Positions 13,284-23,422 of a stretch of DNA of 35,160 nt are shown in pieces. The notes beneath the pieces were generated by a model. It made no database searches. It was not told the origin of the DNA and saw only the letters and a list, made by a program, of their open reading frames with translations. The position numbers and the translations under genes are program-made. The stretch's first letter is position 1, and each line of letters opens with the position of its first letter. This DNA is from Deinococcales bacterium (GTDB taxonomy: Bacteria > Deinococcota > Deinococci > Deinococcales > JAAFIG01): NCBI GenBank assembly GCA_031414595.1, contig JANNVX010000056.1, positions 1 through 35,160 on the forward strand, in the 5' to 3' direction.

Positions 13284-14534
13284 ATGGACTTCCAGACTAA
13301 ACTCGAGAATTTAGCAGAATTAGCGGTTCGTATTGGCACAAACGTCCAAGTCGGACAGCGCCTAAATATCTATGCGGCACTCGAGACCGTAGATTTGGTG
13401 CGAATCATCACCCGTAAGGCTTATCAAGCTGGGGCAGCCCAAGTGGTAGTTTTTTGGGCAGATGAACAGATTGCGCTTGAACGAATTCTGCACAGCCAAG
13501 AAGAATTTTTGACCCATGTGAGCGAAGAGGCACACCGCAATTACGAAGAATTCACCACTCGAGGTGATGCCCGTTTACGCATCCGTACCAGCAACCCCGC
13601 TTTATTTGCCGATGCCGATGCAAAACGAATGCAAACTGTGGCTGATGCCATCAGCACCCGCCATAAACAGAGTGCCGACAAATTCCATTCAAGCATGGTC
13701 AATTGGAGCATTGTGCCTTTTGCTGTGCCAAGTTGGGCAGAGGTGGTCTTTACCAAAGAAGCTCCAGAGGTGGCACTCGAGCAACTCTGGGAGGCTGTTT
13801 TTATGGCAACTCGAGCCGACCAACCAGACCCTGTGGCGGCTTGGCAACAGCATTTAACGGGTTTGGAAACTCGGCGGGATTTTTTGAACCATCAAAAACT
13901 ACAAGCCTTAGAGTTCAAATCTCCAGACACCGATTTACGCATAGAATTGCCGTTGCTGCACCGTTGGGAAGGTGGTTCAGCCCAAACCAACAACCCAAAT
14001 CATGGGCAGTCCATTCGCTATGTGCCAAATTTACCGACTGAAGAAGTATTTACTGCCCCGCACCGACTTGGGGTCAATGGAACGGTTAAAGCCAGTAAGC
14101 CACTTTTTGCTCGAGGCAAAATGATTGAGGGCATCTGCATGACCTTTAAGGACGGCAAAGTAGTTACTGCCACGGCTACCAAAAACGAATTGACCCTACA
14201 TCAGATTCTCGAGTTGGACGAAGGTGCAAAGCACTTGGGCGAAGTGGCATTGGTAGCAGAATCTTCACCTGTAGCACAAAGCGGTTTGTTGTTTCAAGAA
14301 ACGCTTTTTGACGAGAACGCAGCTTGCCACATTGCGATGGGTAACGCTTATTCGTACACCATTCAAGGTGGCAATCAAATGACTCAAACCGAACTATTGG
14401 CAGCAGGTGCAAATGATTCAGCACTGCATATGGACTGGATGATTGGCAGCCGACAAATGGATGTGACTGGTATCCGAGCCGATGGTTCAAAACTCGAGTT
14501 GCTTCGTGCAGGAGAGTGGGCATTTACGCCCTAA
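13284..14534 (+). CDS. M29-family aminopeptidase (AmpT/AmpS-like)
   Basis: NLPTEEVFTAP, LGEVALV, TLFDENAACHIAMGNAY and HMDWMIG. Confidence 0.95.
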   Translation: MDFQTKLENLAELAVRIGTNVQVGQRLNIYAALETVDLVRIITRKAYQAGAAQVVVFWADEQIALERILHSQEEFLTHVSEEAHRNYEEFTTRGDARLRIRTSNPALFADADAKRMQTVADAISTRHKQSADKFHSSMVNWSIVPFAVPSWAEVVFTKEAPEVALEQLWEAVFMATRADQPDPVAAWQQHLTGLETRRDFLNHQKLQALEFKSPDTDLRIELPLLHRWEGGSAQTNNPNHGQSIRYVPNLPTEEVFTAPHRLGVNGTVKASKPLFARGKMIEGICMTFKDGKVVTATATKNELTLHQILELDEGAKHLGEVALVAESSPVAQSGLLFQETLFDENAACHIAMGNAYSYTIQGGNQMTQTELLAAGANDSALHMDWMIGSRQMDVTGIRADGSKLELLRAGEWAFTP

Positions 14535-14557
14535 TAAACCTCGGGTATTCTTGAAGC

Positions 14558-16084
14558 ATGGATGCGATCTGGGTTGGGGCTGCATATTTAGCCGGTTGGC
14601 TTGGCTTACGGGTTGGGTTTCCACCCTTGGTTGGCTATTTGCTGGCTGGATTTGCTTTGTACCTTTTTGGAATTCGCAGCAGTGATGCGCTACAAAGTTT
14701 AGCTGATATTGGTGTTTGGTTGCTGCTTTTTACGGTCGGCTTAAAACTGCGGCTTCAAAATCTGATTCGCCCCGAAGTGCTGGGCGTGGGTGGCTTACAT
14801 CTGCTCATCTCGAGCGCCGTGATGATTGGGGTGATGGCAGCTTCTTTGGGCGTGGGCAATGCCTTATATGTGGCGGTTGGTTTGGCATTCTCGAGTACCG
14901 TGCTGGCGATTAAATTACTCGAAGATAAACGCGAACTGAATTCTTATCATGGGCGGATTGTGGTCGGGATTCTGATTTTGCAGGATTTGGCAGCCATTGG
15001 GCTGCTGGTGTTTGCTGGGGCAAAACAACCTTCGCTCTGGGCTTTGGGGGTGTTGGTACTGCCGCTTCTTCGTCCGCTTGTGCTGCGTTTACTTTCTAAA
15101 AGTGGACACGAAGAGTTACTGCTGCTTTTTGGTTTATCACTGGCACTGGCGGGTGGGACACTGGCAAAAGAAGTCGGGATTAGTCCTGAACTTGGTGCAT
15201 TGGTCTTTGGGGCAGTGCTGGCTGGGCATGAACGCACCACCGAACTCAGTCGGGTGTTGTGGGGCTTAAAAGAAGCCTTTTTGGTGGCATTTTTTTTGAC
15301 CATTGGCTTAGGCGGATTACCACCATTTGAATTACTGGGCTGGATACCATTATTTTTATTGGTTCTGCCCTTACAAGGGATTTTGTTCTTCTGGTTGTTG
15401 TTGCGCTTTGGCTTACGCGCCCGTACCGCTTTTGTTGCCAGTGCAGCCTTATCCAGTTACGGCGAATTTGCTTTAATTGTGGTCAAACCCTTAATAGATT
15501 CAGGGCAACTAGGGACTGGCTGGGCGGGTTTATTAGGCGTGGTCATTGCTATTTCCCTTGCTATCGCTGCACCATTTAACCGCTCAGTTCACATGTTGTA
15601 CGAAAAATTTGAGCCTTGGTTATTGCGCTTTGAAGGCAATCAAGACCACATAGACCGTGAACCAACCAGTTTAGGCAAAGCCAATTGGCTCGTGATTGGC
15701 ATGGGACGCACTGGCGGCGCAGCTTACAAACAACTCGAGACTTCTGGACAGCGCGTGATTGGCTTGGACTCTGACCCCGCAAAACTCGAGCGACACCGCG
15801 CTAAAGGCAGACGGGTTTTATACGGCGATGCCGAAGACCCTGAACTGTGGGAACAACTCGAGCTACAAGGTTTAAGCGGAGTGATTGTGACTGCACCAGA
15901 TTTTGAAGCCCGAATTCGGGCTTTAGAGGGCTTAAAACGCCGCAAGTTTATCGGCAAGGTGGCAGTTTTATCGCATCACTCAGAAGAAGAACCAAGTCTC
16001 GAGAAAGCGGGCGCAACCCTCGTCTTTAGACCTTTTTCCGAAGCTGGCGAGCGTTTAGCCCAACGCGCCCTCGAGACGATTTAA
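14558..16084 (+). CDS. CPA2/Kef-type cation:proton antiporter with C-terminal TrkA_N (RCK) domain
   Basis: Multiple TM helices; FSST, ILQD, GEFALI; GMGRTG...YGDAED. Confidence 0.92.
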   Translation: MDAIWVGAAYLAGWLGLRVGFPPLVGYLLAGFALYLFGIRSSDALQSLADIGVWLLLFTVGLKLRLQNLIRPEVLGVGGLHLLISSAVMIGVMAASLGVGNALYVAVGLAFSSTVLAIKLLEDKRELNSYHGRIVVGILILQDLAAIGLLVFAGAKQPSLWALGVLVLPLLRPLVLRLLSKSGHEELLLLFGLSLALAGGTLAKEVGISPELGALVFGAVLAGHERTTELSRVLWGLKEAFLVAFFLTIGLGGLPPFELLGWIPLFLLVLPLQGILFFWLLLRFGLRARTAFVASAALSSYGEFALIVVKPLIDSGQLGTGWAGLLGVVIAISLAIAAPFNRSVHMLYEKFEPWLLRFEGNQDHIDREPTSLGKANWLVIGMGRTGGAAYKQLETSGQRVIGLDSDPAKLERHRAKGRRVLYGDAEDPELWEQLELQGLSGVIVTAPDFEARIRALEGLKRRKFIGKVAVLSHHSEEEPSLEKAGATLVFRPFSEAGERLAQRALETI

Positions 16085-16102
16085 GTAAGCGCTTTGATTT
16101 TG

Positions 16103-16181
16103 TAACGAAAGTGTTTTCTTTCGTTAATCTTTCGTTTTGTGGTTAATGTCCTTGACAAACGAAAGCTCGAGTCTTTAGACT
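16103..16181 (+). promoter_or_regulatory. iol operon promoter with probable DeoR-family operator sites
   Basis: Palindrome TAACGAAAG-6-CTTTCGTTA at 16103-16126; further half sites at 16129-16136 and 16158-16165; TTGACA(16152)-18-TAGACT(16176). Confidence 0.65.
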
Positions 16182-16285
16182 AAACGGAATAAAGACAATT
16201 CATCGGCAACCCTCATCCCATATTCGCCTCACATAAGGAATCAAAACCCAATGCTCGAGAATGATTTGCCCGTCAATGTTGTGCG

Positions 16286-16347
16286 ACCCTCACCCAACTC
16301 GCTTGAAGCTCGTTACCCTCATCCCGCCAAACAGCGCGGGAGAGGGT
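16286..16347. repeat. REP-like repeat, partial copy of 7985-8070
   Basis: Direct sequence similarity and hairpin. Confidence 0.65.
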
Positions 16348-16407
16348 TGTTCGGTTTGTTTTGTCGTTCCAATTTTGGAAAGAATCAAAACCAAAAAACA
16401 CTACCCC

Positions 16408-16449
16408 AAAACCCCCTCGTTGAGGGGGTCGCCGAAGGCGGGGGAGTGC
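16408..16449. repeat. Double-hairpin intergenic repeat (AAACCCCCT...GAGGGGGTCGCCG...GGCGGGGGAGTGC)
   Basis: Near-identical copy at 25082-25128. Confidence 0.7.
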
Positions 16450-16525
16450 GTAAGAGTTCACTTCTTTTGTCAAACCCCTAGAAAAATTTTGTATACAAAC
16501 ACTCTTCCTCTTCCCTTGGAGAATC

Positions 16526-17533
16526 ATGAAAAAAAGCATCAGTGTGGCACTTATTGGCGCAGGACGTATGGGTCTAACCCATGCACAAACACTTGGTAAC
16601 ATTGCCCAAGCAAAGGTTTTGGTGGTAGCTGACGCAAACTTAGAAGCGGCTGAGCGTGGCAAGCAAGCGGCTCGAGCCGAACGTGCCTCGAGTGATATTG
16701 AAGCCGCAATGAACGACCCGAGCGTCGAAGCAGTGATGATTGTCACGCCAACCGATACCCATGCAAATCTAATTCAAATGGCAGCCAAGGCGGGCAAAGC
16801 AATTTGGTGCGAAAAACCGATTGCTTTGACACTCGAGGAAACTCAAAAAACCTTAAAAATTGTTGAAGATGCTGGCGTACCCTGTCAGATTGGTTTCCAG
16901 CGTCGTTTTGACCCGGGCTATATTCGGGCAAAGGAACTGATTGAAGCTGGTAAACTCGGCAAACTCGAGACATTTCGGTCTTTAGGACGTGATACTTACT
17001 TACCAAATCCCGAGCATATTCGCCCCGGTGGTGGCACATTTTTGGACATGACGGTGCATGACTTTGACCTTGCGCGGTTCTTGATTGGCGAAGTGACCGA
17101 AGTCAGCGCGTGGGGGACGGTACTGGCGCACGAAATGTTTACCGAAGCCGAAGACTGCGACACGGCTGTTTGTATGCTGCGTTTTGAAAATGGGGTGCTG
17201 GGCGTGGTAGAGTCAGCGCGGCATTCTAACTGGGGTTATGATATTCGCACCGAAGTGGCAGGTTCAGAAGGCAAAGTGGTGATTGAAGCACCACACAAGA
17301 CCCCAATCCAGCATTTTACGGGTTTTCAAAATCACACCGATGTTTACATGAGTTTCCCAGACCGTTTTGCTGATGCTTACCGCTTACAAATGGAAGCCTT
17401 TTTTGCAGCGCTCTTAAATGGGCAAAGCCCAAGCCCAAGTCCAAAAGATGCCCTCGAGACGCTAAAAATTTGTTTGGCAGCCAAGCAAAGCTGGCAACAA
17501 GGTAAACCGATTAAGGTACAAGAAGCGATATGA
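16526..17533 (+). CDS. iolG: myo-inositol 2-dehydrogenase (Gfo/Idh/MocA family)
   Basis: GAGRMG, CEKP, GFQRRFD, DMTVHDFDLARF, YDIRTEV; iol operon context. Confidence 0.88.
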   Translation: MKKSISVALIGAGRMGLTHAQTLGNIAQAKVLVVADANLEAAERGKQAARAERASSDIEAAMNDPSVEAVMIVTPTDTHANLIQMAAKAGKAIWCEKPIALTLEETQKTLKIVEDAGVPCQIGFQRRFDPGYIRAKELIEAGKLGKLETFRSLGRDTYLPNPEHIRPGGGTFLDMTVHDFDLARFLIGEVTEVSAWGTVLAHEMFTEAEDCDTAVCMLRFENGVLGVVESARHSNWGYDIRTEVAGSEGKVVIEAPHKTPIQHFTGFQNHTDVYMSFPDRFADAYRLQMEAFFAALLNGQSPSPSPKDALETLKICLAAKQSWQQGKPIKVQEAI

Positions 17534-18537
17534 AACCGCTTGGCATAGCCATTGTCGGGGCTGGGCGAATGGGCTGGATTTTTGCCCAAGCTGTACACAC
17601 TTTACTTGGGCAAGCTCGAGTCGGGTATGTGATTAGTCGTTCAGAAAAAAGTGCTGAGGAAATGGGGGTGTTTTTTAACTGCCCATATTCGACCAATCTT
17701 GAAGATGCGCTCCCAAAGGTGGATGCGGTGATTATTGCCGCCGCCACACCCGCCCATAAGGACTTAGCAATCGCTTGTATTAAGGCAGGTAAACCGTTTT
17801 TTATTGAAAAACCAATTGCCGATTCGCTCGAGAACGGGCGTTTAATCCTTCAAGCCCTAAAAGAAAATCCTGTGCCGAACATGGTTGGTTTTCAGCGTCG
17901 TTTTGACCCTGCCTATGTCCAAGCCAAAAAACACCTAAAAAACCTTGGCAATCTCGAGATTTTTCGTTCGATTTCTCGTGACCCCAACATGGATTCCTCG
18001 AGCCTCGAGTTTCACCTTAGCAGTGGTGGTCTAATCGTGGATTTAGGGGTGCATGACATGGATTTAGCCCGTTGGCTAATTGGCGAAGTGGCTGAGGTTC
18101 AAGCCCTTGGTGGAGCGCTAACCGACCCAAATTTAGCGGCGCACAATCTGCATGATACCGCCGTGGCGATTTTGCGCTTTGAAAGCGGTGCATTCGGCAC
18201 AATTGAAATGGCAAGGAGTACAGCTTACGGGCATGAAGTTCGCACCGAAGTGCTAGGCTCAAAAGGAAAAATCAGCATCGAACGAGACCAGCGCGGCGAC
18301 TTAAGAACTTACGACGCAAGTGGCGGGAATTTTGATCGTCCAAGGGGTTTTGAAGAGCGCTTCGCCCAAGCCTACTTGCGCGAAATTCAGGCATTTATAA
18401 CTGGGTTGCTCGAGTCAACAACCCTGATGCCAGATGTCAAAGACGGTTGGTATTCGCTTCGGCTGGCAATGGCTGCCCAAGCCGCCTTAGAATCTGGAAC
18501 GACCATTCAAGTCAATCAATTTGGAGGACAACTATGA
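17530..18537 (+). CDS. Second Gfo/Idh/MocA inositol-type dehydrogenase
   Basis: GAGRMG, EKP, GFQRRFD, DLGVHDMDLARW. Confidence 0.88.
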   Translation: MKPLGIAIVGAGRMGWIFAQAVHTLLGQARVGYVISRSEKSAEEMGVFFNCPYSTNLEDALPKVDAVIIAAATPAHKDLAIACIKAGKPFFIEKPIADSLENGRLILQALKENPVPNMVGFQRRFDPAYVQAKKHLKNLGNLEIFRSISRDPNMDSSSLEFHLSSGGLIVDLGVHDMDLARWLIGEVAEVQALGGALTDPNLAAHNLHDTAVAILRFESGAFGTIEMARSTAYGHEVRTEVLGSKGKISIERDQRGDLRTYDASGGNFDRPRGFEERFAQAYLREIQAFITGLLESTTLMPDVKDGWYSLRLAMAAQAALESGTTIQVNQFGGQL

Positions 18538-20414
18538 GTAAAACCATTCGCTTAACCGTATCCCAAGCCGTGATTAAATTCTTAGCGGTACAATTTTCTG
18601 AACGCGACGGCACAAAAATGCGTCTTATCCCCGGCGTGTGGGGCATTTTTGGACACGGCAATGTGGCTGGACTCGGGCAGGCACTCGAAGAGTACGGCGA
18701 TGAACTAAATATGCCGACTTACCGCCCGCAAAACGAACAGGCAATGGTGCATTTGGCAGCCGCCTATGCCAAACATACCAACCGCATGAGTACCTATGCC
18801 TGTACTGCCTCCATCGGACCCGGTTCGACCAATATGCTCACCAGTGCGGCAGGCGCAACCATTAACCGTTTGCCTGTGCTGCTGCTGCCTTCGGATTACT
18901 TTGCCAGTACCTTACCTAATCCTGTTTTGCAACAACTCGAGCATCCGATAGAAATGGACAGCAGTGTCAATGACACCTTTAGGCTGGTCAGTCGGTTTTA
19001 TACCCGCATCACTCGAGCCGAACAGCTTCTGAGCGCCTTACCCGAAGCCATGCGTGTCTTGACCGATCCAGCCGAAACTGGCGCGGTTACGCTTTCCTTG
19101 CCCGAGGATGTGCAAACCGAAGCCTTTGATTTTCCAACTGAACTTTTTGAGCCGCGCACTTGGCGAATTCGTCGTCCAGTCCCCGAACCAGAGGTACTCG
19201 AGGCAGTCATCAAAAAAATCAAAAAAGCCAAGCGCCCGTTAATTATTGCGGGTGGTGGCGTGATGTACGCCGAAGCCAATGCTGCACTGGCTGAGTTTGC
19301 TTTGCGCTACGGTATTCCCGTCTGCGAATCGCAAGCAGGAAAAGGGGCTATCCCTTGGAATCACCCGATGAATGTCGGCGCTGTTGGTTCTTCGGGTGGA
19401 TTAGCTGCCAATCTGCTGGCTCGAGATGCCGACCTTGTAATTGCCATTGGTACACGCCTAGCCGATTTTGTGACCGCTTCAAAAACAGCTTTCCAAAACG
19501 AAAATGTTGAGGTTATTGGCTTAAATGTGGTGGCAATGGACGCGGCTAAACTGGCTGGAACAAGTTTAATAGCGGATGCAAAACGCGGACTCGAGGCAAT
19601 GCAGCAAGCACTCGAGGGCTATAAAGGCACAAGTGCCAGCTACCAAAAAGAAATCGCTGCCCATAAACTCGAGTGGGAGAAAATTGTGACTGGCTACCGC
19701 ACCCCAGACTCGAGCCAGAATCACTTATCACAAACCGCCGTGATTGGTATGGTAAACGAATTTGTCGGCGGAGATGCCGCCGTGATTTGTGCGGCGGGCA
19801 GTATGCCAGGTGATTTACTGAAACTCTGGCGACCGATTAGCCCAAAAGCCTACCATGTTGAATACGGTTTTTCTTGTATGGGTTACGAAATTCCAGCCGC
19901 TCTTGGCATTAAACTCGCCGACCCAAAACGCAACGTGATTGTGTTTATTGGCGACGGCACATACCTGATGATGAATTCTGAAATTGTTACGGCTGTAGCC
20001 GAAGGCTTAGATTTCACAATCATTTTGGTGGACAACAAAGGTTACGGTTCGATACGGCGCTTACAAATGGAAACTGGTTCGCCATCGTTTAACAACGAAT
20101 TACGCCACCGAAACAGCAAAACTGGGCGCACCGATGGCAAACCCGTGATGGTGGATTTTGTCAAACACACCCAAAGCATGGGTGCAACCTCTTGGTACGT
20201 TAGCAATTACACTGAACTCGAGAACGCGCTTTTAGAAGCCAGCCAAACCAAAGGCGTAAAAACCATTGTTGTCCCCGTCAGTCTCGAGGAAAGCGCCAGA
20301 GGTTTTGAGAGTTGGTGGGACGCACCGATAGCCGCCGTCTCGAGCCAAAACAAAGTTAAAAAAGCCCGTAAGAATTACGAAGCCAAACTCGAGAAACAAC
20401 GCAAGTTTCTATGA
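18534..20414 (+). CDS. iolD: 3D-(3,5/4)-trihydroxycyclohexane-1,2-dione acylhydrolase (TPP-dependent); true start MSKTIRL
   Basis: IFGHGNVAGLGQAL, NEQAM, EYGFSCMGYE, GDGTYLM; GGAGG RBS before ATG 18534. Confidence 0.96.
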   Translation: MSKTIRLTVSQAVIKFLAVQFSERDGTKMRLIPGVWGIFGHGNVAGLGQALEEYGDELNMPTYRPQNEQAMVHLAAAYAKHTNRMSTYACTASIGPGSTNMLTSAAGATINRLPVLLLPSDYFASTLPNPVLQQLEHPIEMDSSVNDTFRLVSRFYTRITRAEQLLSALPEAMRVLTDPAETGAVTLSLPEDVQTEAFDFPTELFEPRTWRIRRPVPEPEVLEAVIKKIKKAKRPLIIAGGGVMYAEANAALAEFALRYGIPVCESQAGKGAIPWNHPMNVGAVGSSGGLAANLLARDADLVIAIGTRLADFVTASKTAFQNENVEVIGLNVVAMDAAKLAGTSLIADAKRGLEAMQQALEGYKGTSASYQKEIAAHKLEWEKIVTGYRTPDSSQNHLSQTAVIGMVNEFVGGDAAVICAAGSMPGDLLKLWRPISPKAYHVEYGFSCMGYEIPAALGIKLADPKRNVIVFIGDGTYLMMNSEIVTAVAEGLDFTIILVDNKGYGSIRRLQMETGSPSFNNELRHRNSKTGRTDGKPVMVDFVKHTQSMGATSWYVSNYTELENALLEASQTKGVKTIVVPVSLEESARGFESWWDAPIAAVSSQNKVKKARKNYEAKLEKQRKFL

Positions 20415-20580
20415 CAACCGTAGCCCACTAAGAATTAACAATTTAACGATTCCAAAAACAGTGTTCTTTGTTTTAAAAAATAATTTGGATTTCGTTAAAC
20501 ATCAGTAATACAGGAACATTTTAGGCAGGACAAAGCAAGAACGATTCTAGAATTTGGGTAGAACAATGACGTTTCGGGCA

Positions 20581-20604
20581 GGGCGAGGCATGCCTCGCCC
20601 CTAC
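20581..20604 (-). repeat. GTAG-type REP palindrome
   Basis: GTAG-GGGCGAGGCATGCCTCGCCC; second copy at 23383-23406. Confidence 0.75.
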
Positions 20605-20625
20605 GATAAAACTGCAAGGGGTGAT

Positions 20626-21558
20626 ATGAAAAAAATCCAATTAGCAAATGCGCCGTGTTCATGGGGAACAATCGAGGGGTGGGGGCAGAGTATTTCGTTT
20701 CATCAGATGCTAGATGAACTTGTCGAGTCTGGATACACGGGGACTGAACTTGGTGATTATGGGTTTATGCCCACCGAGACCGCCGCGCTGCGTGAAGCCT
20801 TGGTCTCGAGAAACCTAACGATGCTTGGGGCATATGAAGGTGTGTATTTCAGGGACTCGAGTGAACATGCGGCTGGCGAGGCTAAAATTCTTCGCAATGC
20901 AAGGTTATTAAAAAGCGTTGCCGATATAGGAGACACCAACACCCAACCATTTGTGGTGATTGCCGACGAACACAGCCGCGACGCACCACGTTTTGAGAAA
21001 GCTGGTCGAATCACAAGGGATTTAAGTTTGTCTGACGCAGACTGGAAAACCTTTGCTCGAGGGGTCAACAATGCCGCCAAAGCGGTTCATGACGAAACAG
21101 GTTTACGCTGTGTGTTCCATCATCATTGTGGTGGCTACGTCGAAGCACCGTGGGAAATCGAGGAATTACTGGCACGTACCGACTCGCAGCATTTGGGCTT
21201 GGTCTTTGACACGGGGCATTTTCTGTATGGCAGTGGCACAAACAATCCAGAACTGGTTTTATCCGCCCTCGAGACCTGCAAAAAGCGCTTATGGTACGTG
21301 CATTACAAAGATTGCAGCCCAAGTGTAGCTTCCCAAGCTCGAGATGAACATTGGAATTATAAGGATGCAATAGGACACGGCGTATTCTGTGAACTTGGCT
21401 TGGGCAGCGTGGACTTTGCGGCTGTGACGCAAAAACTTAGGGGACTGAATTACGAGGGCTGGATTTGTGTCGAACAAGATGTTCTACCCGGTATGGGTGA
21501 ACCTAAAATCAGTGCCAAACGCAACCGTGAGCATCTGGCAAAGGTAGCGGGATTATGA
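20626..21558 (+). CDS. iolE: myo-inosose-2 dehydratase (likely start MKKIQL)
   Basis: APCSWG, GTELG, FHHHCG, DTGH, HYKD, GWICVEQD. Confidence 0.9.
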   Translation: MKKIQLANAPCSWGTIEGWGQSISFHQMLDELVESGYTGTELGDYGFMPTETAALREALVSRNLTMLGAYEGVYFRDSSEHAAGEAKILRNARLLKSVADIGDTNTQPFVVIADEHSRDAPRFEKAGRITRDLSLSDADWKTFARGVNNAAKAVHDETGLRCVFHHHCGGYVEAPWEIEELLARTDSQHLGLVFDTGHFLYGSGTNNPELVLSALETCKKRLWYVHYKDCSPSVASQARDEHWNYKDAIGHGVFCELGLGSVDFAAVTQKLRGLNYEGWICVEQDVLPGMGEPKISAKRNREHLAKVAGL

Positions 21559-21574
21559 TGCTCGAGGGAAAACC

Positions 21575-22576
21575 ATGTTTGATTTAATCACCATGGGTCG
21601 TTCTTCAATAGATTTGTACTCAAATGATGTCGGTGCTTCGTTTTCGCAAATTTCTTCGTTTGGTGCATCTATTGGCGGGAGTCCCTTAAACATTGCAGTT
21701 GGCTCGAGTCGCTTGGGTTTGAAAGTGGCGCTTTTAACGGCAGTTGGAGCAGATAAAGTTGGCGAATTTATTCTAACTCATCTGCAAAAAGAAGGGGTAG
21801 AAACCAAATTTATTCCAGTTAAAACGGGAACAAAAAGCAGTGCCGTAGTGGTCGGAATAGAACCGCCAAACACCTTCCCAACCATGTTTTACCGAGAAAA
21901 CGCCGCCGATATTCAACTCGGTATAGATGATGTGCTGGCACTGCCACTTGAGACGACTCGAGCCGTGCAACTCTCTGGGGCGGCTTTGGCAAAAGAACCA
22001 AGTCGCAGCGCAGTTTTTTTCTTAGCAGAACGAGCCAAGGCACTTGGTTTAACCGTGTTTTTGGACTTGGATTTTCGGGCTGACCAGTGGCATGACCCAA
22101 GGGCTTTTGGGATACAGATTCGGGCGCTATTGCCACTTGTAGATGTAGCTTTTGGTACAGAAGAAGAAATTAACGCCGCAATGCTAACGAAGTTAGAAGA
22201 TTTGCAGATTCACAATTCACAAATTACTGCCCCTGAAATTAAGGGTAATCTCGAGGAAAATATAAAAGTGCTGCTGGCAAAGGGGCTAGATGCCTTGGTG
22301 GTCAAGCGCGGCGCAAGGGGCGCAGATGTGTTCCTAGCCAATGGCGAGGTCATCTCAGCAAACGGTTTCAGAGTGGATGTGGTCAGTGTACTTGGCGCGG
22401 GCGATGCGTTTGCGGCTGGTTTTATTTATGGGTTTTTACAAGGCTGGGATTGGTATAAGTCTTGTCGTATTGCCAATGCGTGTGGTGCGATTGTTGTGAC
22501 CCGAATTGGTTGCTCTGAATTTAGTGCTTTTTTACCCGAAGCGCTGGCATTTATCGAATCCCAAGGTGGTTTTTAA
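21575..22576 (+). CDS. iolC: 5-dehydro-2-deoxygluconokinase (PfkB family)
   Basis: GRSSIDLY, GGSPLNIAVG, DLDFR...W, GAGDAF. Confidence 0.93.
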   Translation: MFDLITMGRSSIDLYSNDVGASFSQISSFGASIGGSPLNIAVGSSRLGLKVALLTAVGADKVGEFILTHLQKEGVETKFIPVKTGTKSSAVVVGIEPPNTFPTMFYRENAADIQLGIDDVLALPLETTRAVQLSGAALAKEPSRSAVFFLAERAKALGLTVFLDLDFRADQWHDPRAFGIQIRALLPLVDVAFGTEEEINAAMLTKLEDLQIHNSQITAPEIKGNLEENIKVLLAKGLDALVVKRGARGADVFLANGEVISANGFRVDVVSVLGAGDAFAAGFIYGFLQGWDWYKSCRIANACGAIVVTRIGCSEFSAFLPEALAFIESQGGF

Positions 22577-23373
22577 TGCCATTTGTACAAGATGGGCGCG
22601 AACTGATTACTCGAGCATTCCGTGAAGGTTTTGCCTTGCCCGCCTTTAATTTTTGCAGTCTCGAGATGGCAAGAGGCTGTGTAGATGCGGCTGTGTCTTT
22701 GAATGCTCCAATTATTTTACAGACCTACCAAGCCGACCTTGCTTTTGCTTCGCCCAAGGTCATGGTCGCTATGGTCAAAGCCTTAGCCGAGGAATCTGGT
22801 GTTCCAATTATGCTTCATCTCGACCATGGTTTAGGGTTAGAGATGGCACAGACCTGTTTGCAAGCTGGCTATTCTTCGGTGATGCTTGACGGTGGTGGTC
22901 TCGAGTTCGCAGATTTGGTGCGTCAGACCAAAGTTCTAGCCCAAATTGCCCATGAAACTGGCGCAAGTTTAGAGGTTTCGGCTGAGCGATTTAATAAGGG
23001 CGAATCCGAACCAAGCAACCCCGAGGAGGCACTGGCATTATTTGAAGCTGGGGCAGACATGGTGGCGTGTTCGGTGGGTTCTGAACACGGGCAATCTTCG
23101 CGCCTTGATTTGCCGCGCCTCGAGACGATTGCGACGGCTACCAAAGCCCCGTTGGTGCTGCACGGTGGTAGTGGTATAGCTTCAAGCGATTTAATCGCCG
23201 CCTCTAAACTGGGTGTAGTCAAAGTCAATATCGGTTCGGCTTCGTATAGGGCGTTATTGCGGGTCTGGCAGGAACGGTCAAGTGTTCTAAACAATCACCG
23301 AGCCGTTTACACCGAAGCTCGAGAAGCCGTGTCTCGAGAAGCCGCGCATTTTATTAAATTATTGGGTCATTAA
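22576..23373 (+). CDS. Class II fructose-bisphosphate aldolase family protein, probable IolJ function
   Basis: PAFN, HLDHG, SSVMLDG, GSEHG, LVLHGGSG, KVNI. Confidence 0.88.
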   Translation: MPFVQDGRELITRAFREGFALPAFNFCSLEMARGCVDAAVSLNAPIILQTYQADLAFASPKVMVAMVKALAEESGVPIMLHLDHGLGLEMAQTCLQAGYSSVMLDGGGLEFADLVRQTKVLAQIAHETGASLEVSAERFNKGESEPSNPEEALALFEAGADMVACSVGSEHGQSSRLDLPRLETIATATKAPLVLHGGSGIASSDLIAASKLGVVKVNIGSASYRALLRVWQERSSVLNNHRAVYTEAREAVSREAAHFIKLLGH

Positions 23374-23382
23374 CGATTTACC

Positions 23383-23406
23383 GTAGGGGCGAGGCACGCC
23401 TCGCCC
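23383..23406 (+). repeat. GTAG-type REP palindrome
   Basis: GTAG-GGGCGAGGCACGCCTCGCCC. Confidence 0.75.
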
Positions 23407-23422
23407 AACCTTGGAGGCATCT